Shown in pieces: positions 24,817 to 37,135 of a stretch of DNA of 64,000 bases. The notes beneath the pieces were generated by a model that ran no database searches, was not told the origin of the DNA, and saw only the letters and a program-made list of their open reading frames with translations. Position 1 is the stretch's first letter. Every line of letters starts with the position of its first letter. The translations under genes were made by a program, and so were the position numbers. The stretch is from the NCBI GenBank assembly GCA_003427395.1, contig BFEA01000014.1, positions 3,107,552 through 3,171,551 of the forward strand. Reading direction: 5' to 3'. Origin of the DNA: Chara braunii. Lineage: Eukaryota; Plantae; Charophyceae.

Positions 24817-27800
24817 CAGAGAGAGAGAGAGAGAGAGATGTGTGTGGGATGATGCCTTTCTCTAACCCTCTGTATAAATTTTAATTTCAACCTTGGTCGA
24901 TCTTGTTACAGTCGTTTCGGATCTTCTAGCGAATTATTTCGGATATTTTGCTTATGGTGTGTGTGGAATGAACTCGCGCGCTTCCCTCACCCCTCCTCGC
25001 GCAATTCGTGGATGACCAGTTTAGCTCAAATTTTGTCACTTTCTAGTCCCTATTCTGCGCTCGGGTTGGATGCGTTCCCCATGCATATTACGGAATTGAC
25101 AACCTTTGGATCTTGTGTGTGGGATGGTGTCCTTCTTTTTCTCGTTTACGTAGTCTCCATAAGTGGCGTCGGTCCTCTTTTACTCATGATTACCCCTGGT
25201 TCGTGTTTTTCTTAGAGATCGGTTTGTGCCCCCTCCCCCCCACTCACCTCACTCCTGTTTCATTGCAATATGGTGAGATTGGCACGACGATTGTCTGCGC
25301 GCGACCCCGGTGAACTTGGGTTATGATGACGTAGGCCTCCTCGGTGACATGGTTTGATGCGCAAACCTTTGTCGATCTCTCGTTTGTGCTTTTCCGAAAA
25401 TTTGCACGGCCGCTGAGTTTGATTGATGCATGAGTTCGATCGATGCCTGAGTATGCATGTCAGTTTTTCGTCACCTTTTGAACAGAAACGGGAATTTAAT
25501 GATAACTCGGCGGTCCCGGTTGATGTATGCTCTGGTGGATAGGTGGATGGCTAATTCAAATATGTGATTGTCCGCTGATTGCCTTTCTTATGTCTTTTTC
25601 TTGACACGCGCACGGGCTAGCACGACGACGGATCAGACGATCTCCCGACCAAAGGGATAGCTACTCGATCCGATCCAACTGATCGCAAAGTTTAACGAGG
25701 TCTCCTGCGGATATGTGCACGCTCGATCAAAACTGACATCGCCTGCATGCGCGTCTACAAAACCCGCGCTCGAGTCCATTTCTAAACCTGCAAAATTCTG
25801 ATAGCATGGATGACGGGACTCCCTTCCACATCATTGATCGGGAAAGCCCGAGACACTGACGGTTGCGAGAATACTGGGAGTATGTATGTCTTCTCGCACT
25901 ACCCCGCCCCAACCCTCCAAAATTCCCCTTTCGGACGGGAAACGAACGTGTCTGTGAGTGAAACATTGAACGAGCCTTAAGCGCGATCCCTTTTCCCTCC
26001 GCGTTCCCCAGCTCACACGTAAGTCATGTCATCGTCGAACTCGGTGTTGTCATCATTGGGACAGACTTCGCTCCCTACCGCCTCGTGTTGCCTTTTCACT
26101 GCCTGACGGCGGCCCCGTGGCACGTGCTCGCCCCCTACTGGCCTCGAACCCCGTGCCCCGAGTGCTTGCAGGATAGTGAGTACCGAGCCTCGGGGTTCGT
26201 TCGACGAACCAGGACTGAGGCCGAACAACAAGCACACAGCATGTGCCTGAGGCCCGCTTCGTCCGACTCGGAGGCTTGTCACGAGAGACGCTGGCGATTG
26301 GTCAGGCAACACGACACACATAGCATTCCGCCGGATCACCAAATCCGAGCTCGGCCTCGACAACGAAGTTTGCGGGGACGACGATGACATCCCTCAAGTA
26401 CAAGCGGTTATTGCACGCCTGAAAACTCGCATATGAAAACTATGAAGTGGGAAAAATGATGCTGGTTTGTGCATCCTAAAAATAGTTTCCCTATCATGAA
26501 ATCAAGAGGAGGGTTAGTTTGTTCATGGTGAAACCACATAACAAACTGAGTTTTCAACTTTTCATATCAAACACGATCTTGAAACACATGTGTATTAAGC
26601 TACCCGAAAATCGTGAAGCATCCCCAAGAAGCTTGAACAGTCGCCACAAGAGTGGCTTTCATGGTCCTCGGGACGTTCATCACTTTTGGATGCTTCATGG
26701 TTTTCGGTTATTTGAACAAATGGTCATAATCGTTGCTTTCATGGTCTTCGAGACGTTCGTCACTTCGGGACGCTTCATGATTTTTGAGTATTTTGAACAG
26801 ATGACCATAAGGGTTGCTTTCATGGTCTTCGGGACGTTCACCACTTCGAGATGCTTCATGATTTCCAGGTAACAACTCTTATGGTATCCTGAAACTACCC
26901 AAAAATCATGAAGCATCCCGAAGTGACGAACGTCCCGAAGACCATGCCTGCAATCTTTATGACTATCTGTTCAAGCTACCCGAAAATCATGAAACATCCC
27001 GAAGTGATGAACGTCCCGAAGACCATGAAAGCAACCCTTATGACCATCTGTTCCACCTACCCGAAAATCATGAAGCAACCCAAAGTGATGAACGTCCCGA
27101 ACACCATTGAAGCAACGCTTATGACTATTGGTTCTAACTCTCAAAAAATCATGAAGCATGCCGAAGTGATGAACATTCCGAAGATCATGAAGCAACCCTT
27201 ATGGCCATCTGTTGGAGCTACATGAAAATCATGAAGCATCCCGAAGTGGCGAACGTCCCGAAGTCCATAAAAACAACCTTTATCACCATCTGTTCAAGCT
27301 ACCCGAAAATAGTCATAAGAGTTGCTTTCATGGTCTTCGAGATGTTCATCACTTCTGGACGCTTCATTATTTTTGGGTATTTTGAACAGATGGCCATAAG
27401 GTTGCTTTCATGGTTTTCGAAACGTTCATCACTTCGAGATGCTTCATGATTTTCAGGTAGCAACCCTTATGGTATCCTGAAGCTACCCGAAAATCATAAA
27501 GCATCCCGAAGTGACGAACGTCCGGAAGACCATGCAGCAATCCTTATGACCATTTGTTCAAGCTACCCGAAAATCATGAAGCATCCCGAAGTGATGAACG
27601 TCCCGAAGACCATGAAAGCAACCCTTATGACCATCTGTTCCACCTACCCGAAAATCATGAAGCAACCCAAAGTGATAAACGTCCCGAAGACCATTGAAAC
27701 AACCCCTATGACTATCGGTTCTAGCTCCCAAAAAATCATGACAATCCCGAAATGATGAACGTTCCGAAGATCGTGAAAGCAACCCTTATGACCATCTTTT

Positions 27801-29659
27801 GGAGCTACATAAAAATCATGAAGCATCTCGAAGTGGTGAACGTCCCGAAGTTCATGAAAGCAATCTTTATGACCATCTGTTCAAGCTGCCCGAAAATGGT
27901 TATAAGAGTTGTTTTCATGGTCTTAAAGACGTTCATCACTTCAGGACACTTCATGATTTTCGAGTATTTTGAACAGATGGTCATAAGGGTTGCTTTCATT
28001 GTCTTCGGGACGTTCATCACTTTGATATGCTTCATGATTTTCAGGTAGCAAACCTTCTGGCATCCCGAAGCTACCCGAAAATCATGAAGCATCCCGAAGT
28101 GACGAAAGTCCCGAAGACCATGAAAGCAATCTTCATGACCATCTGTTCAAACTACCCGAAAATCATGAAGTATCCTTAAGTGATGAACGTCCCAAACACA
28201 ACGAAAGCAACCCTTATGACCATCTGTTCAAGCTACCCAAAAATCATGAAGCAACCCGAAGTGATGAACATCCCGAAGACCATGAAAACAACCCTTATGA
28301 CCATTTGTTCTAACTACCCGAAAATCGTGAAGCATCCCGAAGTGATGAACGTCCCGAAGATCATGAAAGCAACCCTTATGGCCATCCGTTCAAGCTACCT
28401 GAAAATCATGAAAAATCCCAACGTGATGAACATCCCGAAGTCCATGAAAACAACCTTTATGACCATCTGTTCAAGCTACCTGAAAATCATGAAGCATCCC
28501 GGAGTGATGAACGTTCCGAAGACCATGAAAGCAACCCTTATGACCATCTGTTTTAGCTATCCGAAAATCATGAAGGAACCCGAAGTGATGAACATTCCGA
28601 AGACCATGAAAACAATCCTTATGACTATTTGTTCTAGCTACCTGAAAATCATGAAGCATCCCGAAGTGATGAACGTCCCAAAGTCCATGAAAGTAACATT
28701 TATGACCATCTGTTCAAGCTACCCGAAAATCATGAAGCACCCCGAAGTGATGAACGTCCCGAAGTCCACGAAAGCAACTCTTATGGACATTTGTTCAAGC
28801 CACCAAAAAATCATGAAGCATTCCGAAGTGGTGAACGCCCCGAAGACCATGAAAGCAACCCTTACGATAATTTGTTCAAACTACCCGAAAATCATGAAGC
28901 ATCCCGAAGTGATGAACGTCCCGAAGGCCATGAAAACAACCCTTATGGTCATCTTTTCAAGCTACCCGAAAATCATGAAGCTTCTCGAAGTGATGAACAT
29001 CCTGAAGACCGTGAAAACAAACCTTATGGCCATCTGTTCAAGATACCTGAAAATCATGAAGCATCATGAAATAATGAACGTCTCAAAGACAATGAAAGAA
29101 ACCTTTATGACTATTTTTTCAAGCGACCCGAAAATCATAAAGCATCCCGAATCGGTGAACGTTCCGAAGACCATGAAAGCAACCCTTATGACCATCTGTT
29201 CAAACAATCTGAAAATCATGAAGCATCACGAAGTGATGAACGCCCCGAAGATCATGAAAGCAACCCGTATAGCTATTTCTCTGGGCAAGCAACCAATAAC
29301 TATGATGACAACAACATGGGCGATGAGAAATCCGCACCTTTTCAAATGTGTCCTGAAAATTGAGAATAAGAGTGAAGAAAACATGAGCAATGAAAAAGAA
29401 TTGGGTCTAAGTTGCATATATAATATATGTATGACGGAAATTATACGTGTTGTTAACTTTCTCTCCCTTAAGGCATAAAAGTCAGATGTGGTTCGCGCTT
29501 GCTACAGTCCCTAAGGCTTGCCAAAATAGATTTTAGTTATGACCTGAAACTCCACCCCCCGACAATCCTAAAATCCTTAGCACCACCTTTTTTTGCACTT
29601 TCGGGCCCCCATCCCACTCCGATCAGGAAATCACGCTGGGCGTGAGGTTGGCCGTCACG
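23694..29659 (+). repeat. Gypsy 3' LTR (contains 3.07-kb insertion)
   Basis: Starts TGTGACAGACTATTTTCTGTAATCGCACG and ends GGCCGTCAC(G). Collinear with the 5' LTR. Confidence 0.9.
26399..29463. mobile_element. Insertion made mostly of 81-bp tandem/inverted repeats; putative non-autonomous DNA transposon
   Basis: Absent from the 5' LTR. Flanked by TCCCTCAAG (26390-26398) / TCCCTTAAG (29464-29472). Unit period is 81 bp (26908 to 26989). Confidence 0.7.
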
Positions 29660-30487
29660 GATCTATAGTTGATCTCTCCTGTCTCGTGTCCAACTCACTT
29701 CTGCCACCCAGCTTCCTTGTTGTCTTCCCAACCATTCTCCGCAGAACCGGGAGATGATTTTGTCAATGTCTACTGTGGTGCATGCCTTGTTAAGTTTTTC
29801 CTTCATTGTCCATCATTGGGTCATAATCTCATGTTGTACCAGTAGTTGTAGTTGCTCTGTGACCTCCCCCTCTTCCACCCCGGCCCCTTCAATTCCAGAA
29901 TGCATCTCTTCCAGCGTATTACGCACAGGACGGAGTGCCTACCCAAGCTGTACATGTTCTCCTCAAAGGTGTTTCCTCGATACTAGGGGCAGTGTCCCTG
30001 TAGCGTGGCCCTCCAATCCTATGGCCATGAGGAACCAAGTACAATGTGCCGCCAAATCTTGTCTCATCAACGCCACAGTAGTACGGCTGCAGGACACTTT
30101 AGGAAAATGTGTTCCCCTGTTTCGGGACGCTTTTTGCTAGGAAAGTTCTGGAGGCATCTTCGGCACCAAGGAAGCGTCCATCCCTGCTGTTCCAACTGCG
30201 TGTGGTCAATCAGCCAGTCATTGGTCGGTAGGCATCGGTGGGTAATTTGCCACTGCAGGGCAGAGATTTTGGTCGGCCTCATTCCATACTCTCTAAACCA
30301 CTGGACGGGCTTGAGTAGATTCTTCTCTATGTTGAGATTACGTTACCATCTGTCCTCTTCTACATTTTTCATCCTGCGCCTTGGTCTTAGCATTCGGTGT
30401 ACAGTCTTAGTCTTTAGAATGGCTAGTGCTACCGGTTTTACCTTTCCCCCTGTTTTCATCGTTGTTTGATTTTTCCATGACCACCGT
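29660..30487 (-). pseudogene. LINE-B ORF2 C-terminus (zf-RVT)
   Basis: WQITHRCLPT..WCRRC..ETGEHIFLKCPAAVLLW. Confidence 0.8.
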
Positions 30488-31232
30488 TGTTGGACCAAAT
30501 ACCCTTACCCTTACAAGGGTATTTGGCCATGTTTTACAATCGACACATCGATTGCACTGACCACCATGACGGGGCCGGTCTGAAAGGAAGAGGGTGTGAG
30601 CATTTAGCGTGATACTTGAAACGATTTTCCTAGCCGATGAGGCCGGGGCGAATCGCTGAGAGAAAATTTTCGAGAATATGTGTGCGCGTTGTCATGATGC
30701 GCACTGTGATGGTTAGAATCGGTAATGATACCCTCTGGACGAAAAGGTCGAGGGGTTGATTAGGTTAGTGATGTGTCAGGTAGAGATCTACGACACACAC
30801 TGAGACTTGGCCTGGTACCTGTCTACCTACTAGTACAGGGCGTCTGAAAATACCGACCTTTGTCTTCCTTTACTCGGCATCTCGAGTACCCAGCGCATCT
30901 ATCTCTACTTGGTGTGGTACCGGGCCACCTGTTACTTAAGTGTTTTCCACGACTCTTAAGTGTCGCGGACCTCTTTCCCCGCTACATGAGTGTTTTCCCC
31001 GCCGCGACCCTCAATATCGCGGCCACAACTAAGTACCGGCCTTTGGGCCTTCCGACCTACCAAGCACCCTCGCGGGTCACACCCACACTCAAACCGACAA
31101 GCGCTCAGACAGGCATGTAAGCCAGCGGGTGTGCATACGTGCAAACTTAGGAAACGGGCTCAGGCCACTAGGCGGACTAAGCCTCACTCCACTACTACAT
31201 ACATACTGACTTGCTTCCTTTCTACTCGAAGT

Positions 31233-31319
31233 GGGAGTTAGCTCAGTAGGTTTCGGTGATGCTTGACAAGCGGGGGATACGGGGATCGAGGCCTACCGCC
31301 CTCTGAGCTAATCTTTCTT
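31233..31319 (+). ncRNA. Putative Pol III (A/B-box) structured small RNA in LTR, copy 1
   Basis: A-box-like TTAGCTCAGTAGG and B-box-like GGATCGAGGCC. The 5' TTAGCTCAG pairs with the 3' CTGAGCTAA, followed by a T-rich end. Confidence 0.5.
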
Positions 31320-31821
31320 GGGAGCAGTTAGTGCCCGTTGTGACAGTTGGCACGACGGGGTGGCTAGTAGTTAGATTCTTTTGTTTTCCTTTTATTTTTA
31401 TTTTTTGTTTTGTTGGTTAGATTATTTTTTATTAAGATTATTTTATTTTATTTTATTTTATTTTATTCCTATTTTCTTTCGATTCCCGTGATTGCTTTTT
31501 ATTAATATGCCTTTATGAATCTGCCTCTGAACCCGGGCAGATTCGGTTCAGCCATGTGGCAGGGTTCTCAGACTGGCCGAAGTCACAAAAGACTGGCTGC
31601 CTGTCGTGAGAACTCGTTAAGCTGCAGGGTGTAGCAAGAAGCGGGAGAGTTGCGCAGATATGTAGGAGATTACCGCGCGGAGGATGGATAAAGCCATCGC
31701 GGAGGAAAAGGGAGTAGGACCGCGCAGAAGAAGGTGGCGCGGGCAAAGGGAGGTGAGATGAGTAGCGAGAGGGAGAAAGTATGATAAGTAGAAGAAGAGG
31801 AAGAAAAAGAAGAAAAAGAAG

Positions 31822-31886
<65 letters not shown>

Positions 31887-32160
31887 AAAAGAAGAAGAAG
31901 GAAGGAGAAGGAGAGGGAGAAGAAGGAGAAGGAGGGAGGAGGAGAGCACTTACCTGACCGTGCGGTCAGATGATTGCGGCGACGACGACGATAAAAACGA
32001 CGAGAGGAGAGCGAGAAAAAGGTTAGTCTTCAATATCGTGACTCACTTCATAGTACTCCTATCATTCAGATGAGCTAAATAAGAATGAATCTACCGCTAT
32101 AACAAGGAAATTTATACTTAGTCTATTACTACGTGTGTATGTGTGTGTGTCTGTGTATGT

Positions 32161-32303
<143 letters not shown>

Positions 32304-32477
32304 TAGGCGAAACACACACATGCGCAGAATGTAAGAGAGAGTTTTCCACTGAAGGGACGAGCAAATCGTATGGATATTCGGCAGCTACGACCTTGCGCAG
32401 CTTCCATCGAAGGATGAATGAAATCAATCGAATCTTTGGCTAGAACGTTGAAACGTTCTCTACCATGTGTGTGTGTT

Positions 32478-32508
<31 letters not shown>

Positions 32509-32642
32509 AGAAAAAGAAGTAAAGGAGAGAGACTTACCAGATTGACCGTTGATCGGCGCGGAATCGGACGACCAACCCCGAATATAACGTGCCCTCACTT
32601 TATATGCATTTGATGAAAACTATGATCTGCTGCATCTGCATA

Positions 32643-32722
<80 letters not shown>

Positions 32723-33525
32723 GTGTCATTATTATTATTATTAATTATTAATATTATTACTACTATTATTACTACTATTATTATTATATAGATTTTGCCT
32801 TAAATTACGAACATACGAACGAGAGGAGCACTGCGGGAAAAGAAGAAAGACATCGCGTGAAAGAAGAAGACCATGCTGAGGTGAAGAAAGCGTGAGGGAG
32901 ACGAGAATCATGGGATATAAAAAAAGGGTAATCCGATGGTCTTCAGGGAAGGAGAAGAGTGTGTGGGTTATCAAGGTCTGATGAGGGTGACGAGATACGT
33001 ACCTGGTGCATGAAGAGAGGTCGGCGATGGTTTTGGCAGTTATGTACGTTGGTCTTCGAGAGTCGAAACAAGACTGCTGTGTGAACACAGCTGTAGGTAG
33101 GATAGTCGGTTAGAGTAGGCTAGATGGACCGCATGCTAGTCCTTGGGGACACGTGGCATCTGTGAGTGGGGAACGAGGTAGTGAGTGATACGAGAGATAT
33201 ACCTGGTGCTTGAGGCGAACGACATGGGCTGAGATCTGCTCGTACTTCGGGGAGTTGTTGACATCATCAGTGGCATTGTAGTATAGGCTAGATAGGATCT
33301 GCCATACGTAGACTGGGCATCGAGCGCGCGATAGGATATCAACAATGGTTCTTCGTTGATGATAATGAGATTATTTCAACATTGTCAATTATGAGCTTTT
33401 GTTATGCTCTTATTTGGTGAAACTCGTGATGCAATCCTACTGTTGGTTCGAGATCACGACTATCTGGTCTTGTGTATATGATGTTGTTTGATTGCTGAAG
33501 TTCGCTATTTCTCATCTTTCTTGCA

Positions 33526-33572
<47 letters not shown>

Positions 33573-34015
33573 GGTGCAGGGTAATCTGGGTGCAAGTGAC
33601 ATCTGTGTGTTGGGGATCGTGGTTGTGAGTGATACGGGAGACATACCTGGTGATTGAGGCGTGCGGCATTGGCCGAGAAATCTGCTCGTACTTGGGAAGT
33701 TGTTGTCGTTAGCATTCGGCATTGTAGCATAGGCTATATAGGATCTGCCATTCGTAGACTGGGCATCAAGCGCCAGATAGGATATCAACAATGGTTCTTC
33801 ATGGATGATGATGAGACTGTTTCAGCATTGTCAATTATGAGTTTTTGCTGTGCTCTTATTTGGTGAAACTCGTGATGCAATCCTGCTGTTGATCCGAAGT
33901 CACGACTATCTGGTCTTGTGTATATGATGTTGTTTGGTTTCTGAAGTTCGTTATCGCTATTTTTCTTACTTGCAATTATCATTATTATTATTATTATTAT
34001 TAATATTATTATTAA

Positions 34016-34057
<42 letters not shown>

Positions 34058-34620
34058 AATTATTATTGCAATCAGACTCGCTTTCGATCACACTTCTCAT
34101 GCATGCAAACATGAGCACAGCGAACTGGCGAAAAGCGCCTACTCGAACTCGGAGATATGGTAGCCGAGAACACAGTTCAGGTACAAGTTTATTTCACTGG
34201 CTAGGGTGACGCGGCGCCCCCACAACTCTGTTCGAACACCGGATCACCCTGGGTACCTCACATACAACATTCTGCATACTTGGACAGACACATGCAACTG
34301 CACTACATCTACGAAGAGCCACGACTAACAGACAGACAAACAGACAGACAAACCGGACGGACCGACAGATTGGAGAGATAGACAGACAGACTGGGCGCCA
34401 GACAGAGAGGAGCGACTTGGATACTGTGTTGGTGTAACCTACGGGTTTGGGCATTGGCTCATTACTTCATTGTATTGCTCTAAATGGATGGGTTCTTGAT
34501 GCATTTGTACTCTCTGCTTGTACACGACTACTTTGACAAGTGTGTGATTTCGCAAACTTGGTTTTCTATATACTGTGCACACTCATATTTCTTGCAGTTA
34601 CTATTATTATTATATTTATA

Positions 34621-34674
<54 letters not shown>

Positions 34675-34859
34675 CTTCTTCAACATCCAACAGGCATACA
34701 AACAGATGATGATCACACTGGCACATGGCGCCCACATAAAGCTCAGAGATAAACGTAGCCGGGAACACAACTCAGATTCAAACTTGTCCCGAAATGGCTA
34801 TGGCGTTGGGCGTCAGACGACGACTCTTATCCGATCGAATGTACTCACCGGCAACTTGT

Positions 34860-36245
34860 TACATACACACACAGACAAAGTGACATACAGTGACATTGTG
34901 ACACACAATAAACACGAACAGGCTTACGCTGACACAGCGCCCTACACACTGTGATGCAGACACGGTGAAAAGGGCACACAGTGCACAGTCACATAGTCAC
35001 AATGACACACGCGTGCACAGACATGGTGATAGTCACACAATGACAGAAACACAGCGACACACAGGAATGGTATGACACACACACAGAATACCGTAGCAGG
35101 CACACAGTCACACACACAGTGCACATCGATGTGACAGTCACACTGTGACACATACACTGTGACAAACACATAGTCACGCAGTGACAGTCACACTGTCACA
35201 CGGTGACAATTATACAGCGAAACATACACTGTGGCACATACACAGTATCACATAACATAGACACAGTGTCACACTCACTATGATGCAGATACTGAGTCAC
35301 TTTGATGTATTGTGACACATACACACTGTCACATAACACAGACACAATGCCGTACACATTGTGACACAGATACAGAGTCACGCAGTGACGCGGGCACAAT
35401 CACACAATGACGCGGACACAGTCACACGGTCATATAGTGCACGGTGACACACGATGGACAAACATATACAGGGTGAAAACAGAGCAGCCACTGAGGCATA
35501 CATGGTAACACACAGACAAAGTCACGCTGTGACAAACATACATACACAGTGAAAACACTATGACACACAAATGAAAACACAGCCACACACGCAGTGAAGA
35601 CAAACACACAGACATGGTGAACTGTGACACACAGATACTGTGACAAACACACAGATATTGTGACAGTCACATAGATACTGAAAACACACATATAGGTACT
35701 GACATAGTGACGGCGACACTGTGATGCACGTAAACACAGTGGAGCAGACACATTGAAACACGGAGACACACACAACACTGTGACATATACAGTGACACAG
35801 ACTGTGACATACACAGTGACACAAACTATGACATACACAGTGACACAGACTCACTGTCACATACCTTATGACACATATGTACAGTCACACACACATAGAT
35901 TTAGTATCACGAACGCTGTAACACATACATAGGGTCACACACACAGACGTAGGATCACATACATTGTGACATAAATATACAGCCACACGCGTACACGGTG
36001 TCGCACGACACAGACACAGTGTCACGCACACAGTGATTCAGATACGCGGTCACACCGTGACGCACAGTCATACGGTGACACACAGTCACAATATGTCAAA
36101 CACGCACGAGGTCGCGCGGTGACACGTACGCAAGTGATACGGTCACTGTGATAGAAACAGTGTCACACATTGTGACACACGTACAAACACCATGATACAT
36201 ACACAAATATAGTGATACACAGTCACACAGTGACACTCAGACACA
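34860..36245. repeat. Degenerate CA-rich minisatellite (GTGACAC/AGTCAC motifs); counterparts at ~51770-52200 and ~52910-53180
   Basis: Directly visible. Confidence 0.85.
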
Positions 36246-36269
36246 GGGTTTCTTCTAAGGGAAATAAAC

Positions 36270-37135
36270 TATTAGTGTGGTAACAGGAGCGAGGCTCTTA
36301 GAAGCCTGCCTTACCACTATAGTAACTAAGATTAGTGTGGTAAGAGGCATGCCTTACCACTATAGTAACTAAGATTAGTGTGATAAGAGGAGTGGGACTC
36401 CGAGAAGCCTGCCTTACAATTATAGTAACTAAGATTAGTGTGGTNNNNNNNNNNNNNNNNNNNNNNNNNNNNNNNNNNNNNNNNNNNNNNNNNNNNNNNN
36501 NNNNNNNNNNNNNNNNNNNNNNNNNNNNNNNNNNNNNNNNNNNNNNNNNNNNNNNNNNNNNNNNNNNNNNNNNNNNNNNNNNNNNNNNNNNNNNNNNNNN
36601 NNNNNNNNNNNNNNNNNNNNNNNNNNNNNNNNNNNNNNNNNNNNNNNNNNNNNNNNNNNNNNNNNNNNNNNNNNNNNNNNNNNNNNNNNNNNNNNNNNNN
36701 NNNNNNNNNNNNNNNNNNNNNNNNNNNNNNNNNNNNNNNNNNNNNNNNNNNNNNNNNNNNNNNNNNNNNNNNNNNNNNNNNNNNNNNNNNNNNNNNNNNN
36801 NNNNNNNNNNNNNNNNNNNNNNNNNNNNNNNNNNNNNNNNNNNNNNNNNNNNNNNNNNNNNNNNNNNNNNNNNNNNNNNNNNNNNNNNNNNNNNNNNNNN
36901 NNNNNNNNNNNNNNNNNNNNNNNNNNNNNNNNNNNNNNNNNNNNNNNNNNNNNNNNNNNNNNNNNNNNNNNNNNNNNNNNNNNNNNNNNNNNNNNNNNNN
37001 NNNCTTACCACTATAGTAACTAAGATTACTGTGGTAAGAGGAGCAAGGCTCCGAGAAGCCTACCTTACCACTATAGTAACTACGATTAGTCTGGTAAGAG
37101 GAGCGAAGCTCCGAGAAGCCTGGCTTATCACTATC
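36270..37135. repeat. 60-bp tandem array (with gap) in 5' LTR
   Basis: Unit CTTACCACTATAGTAACTAAGATTAGTGTGGTAAGAGGAGCGAGGCTCCGAGAAGCCTGC. Confidence 0.9.

Larger units (their letters stand above)
12432..29659 (+). mobile_element. Ty3/Gypsy LTR retrotransposon, full-length but decayed
   Basis: Two homologous ~2.8-kb LTRs start with TGTGAC. A tRNA-iMet-type PBS is present, and the domain order is gag-PR-RT-RH-IN. Confidence 0.93.

Noticed and set aside
28180-29478. 432-aa 27-residue repeat protein
   Set aside because: The 81-bp consensus is stop-free in this frame by construction. Neighbouring units have stops, frameshifts and inversions, so there is no evidence of coding selection.
12432-29659. 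DIRS/Ngaro split-repeat element
   Set aside because: It encodes a DDE integrase and has a PBS, and no tyrosine recombinase was seen.
31233-31319. Intact tRNA-Val(GAC)
   Set aside because: The TTGACAA loop and boxes are tRNA-like, but no canonical acceptor and D stems form; the A-box region pairs with the 3' end instead.
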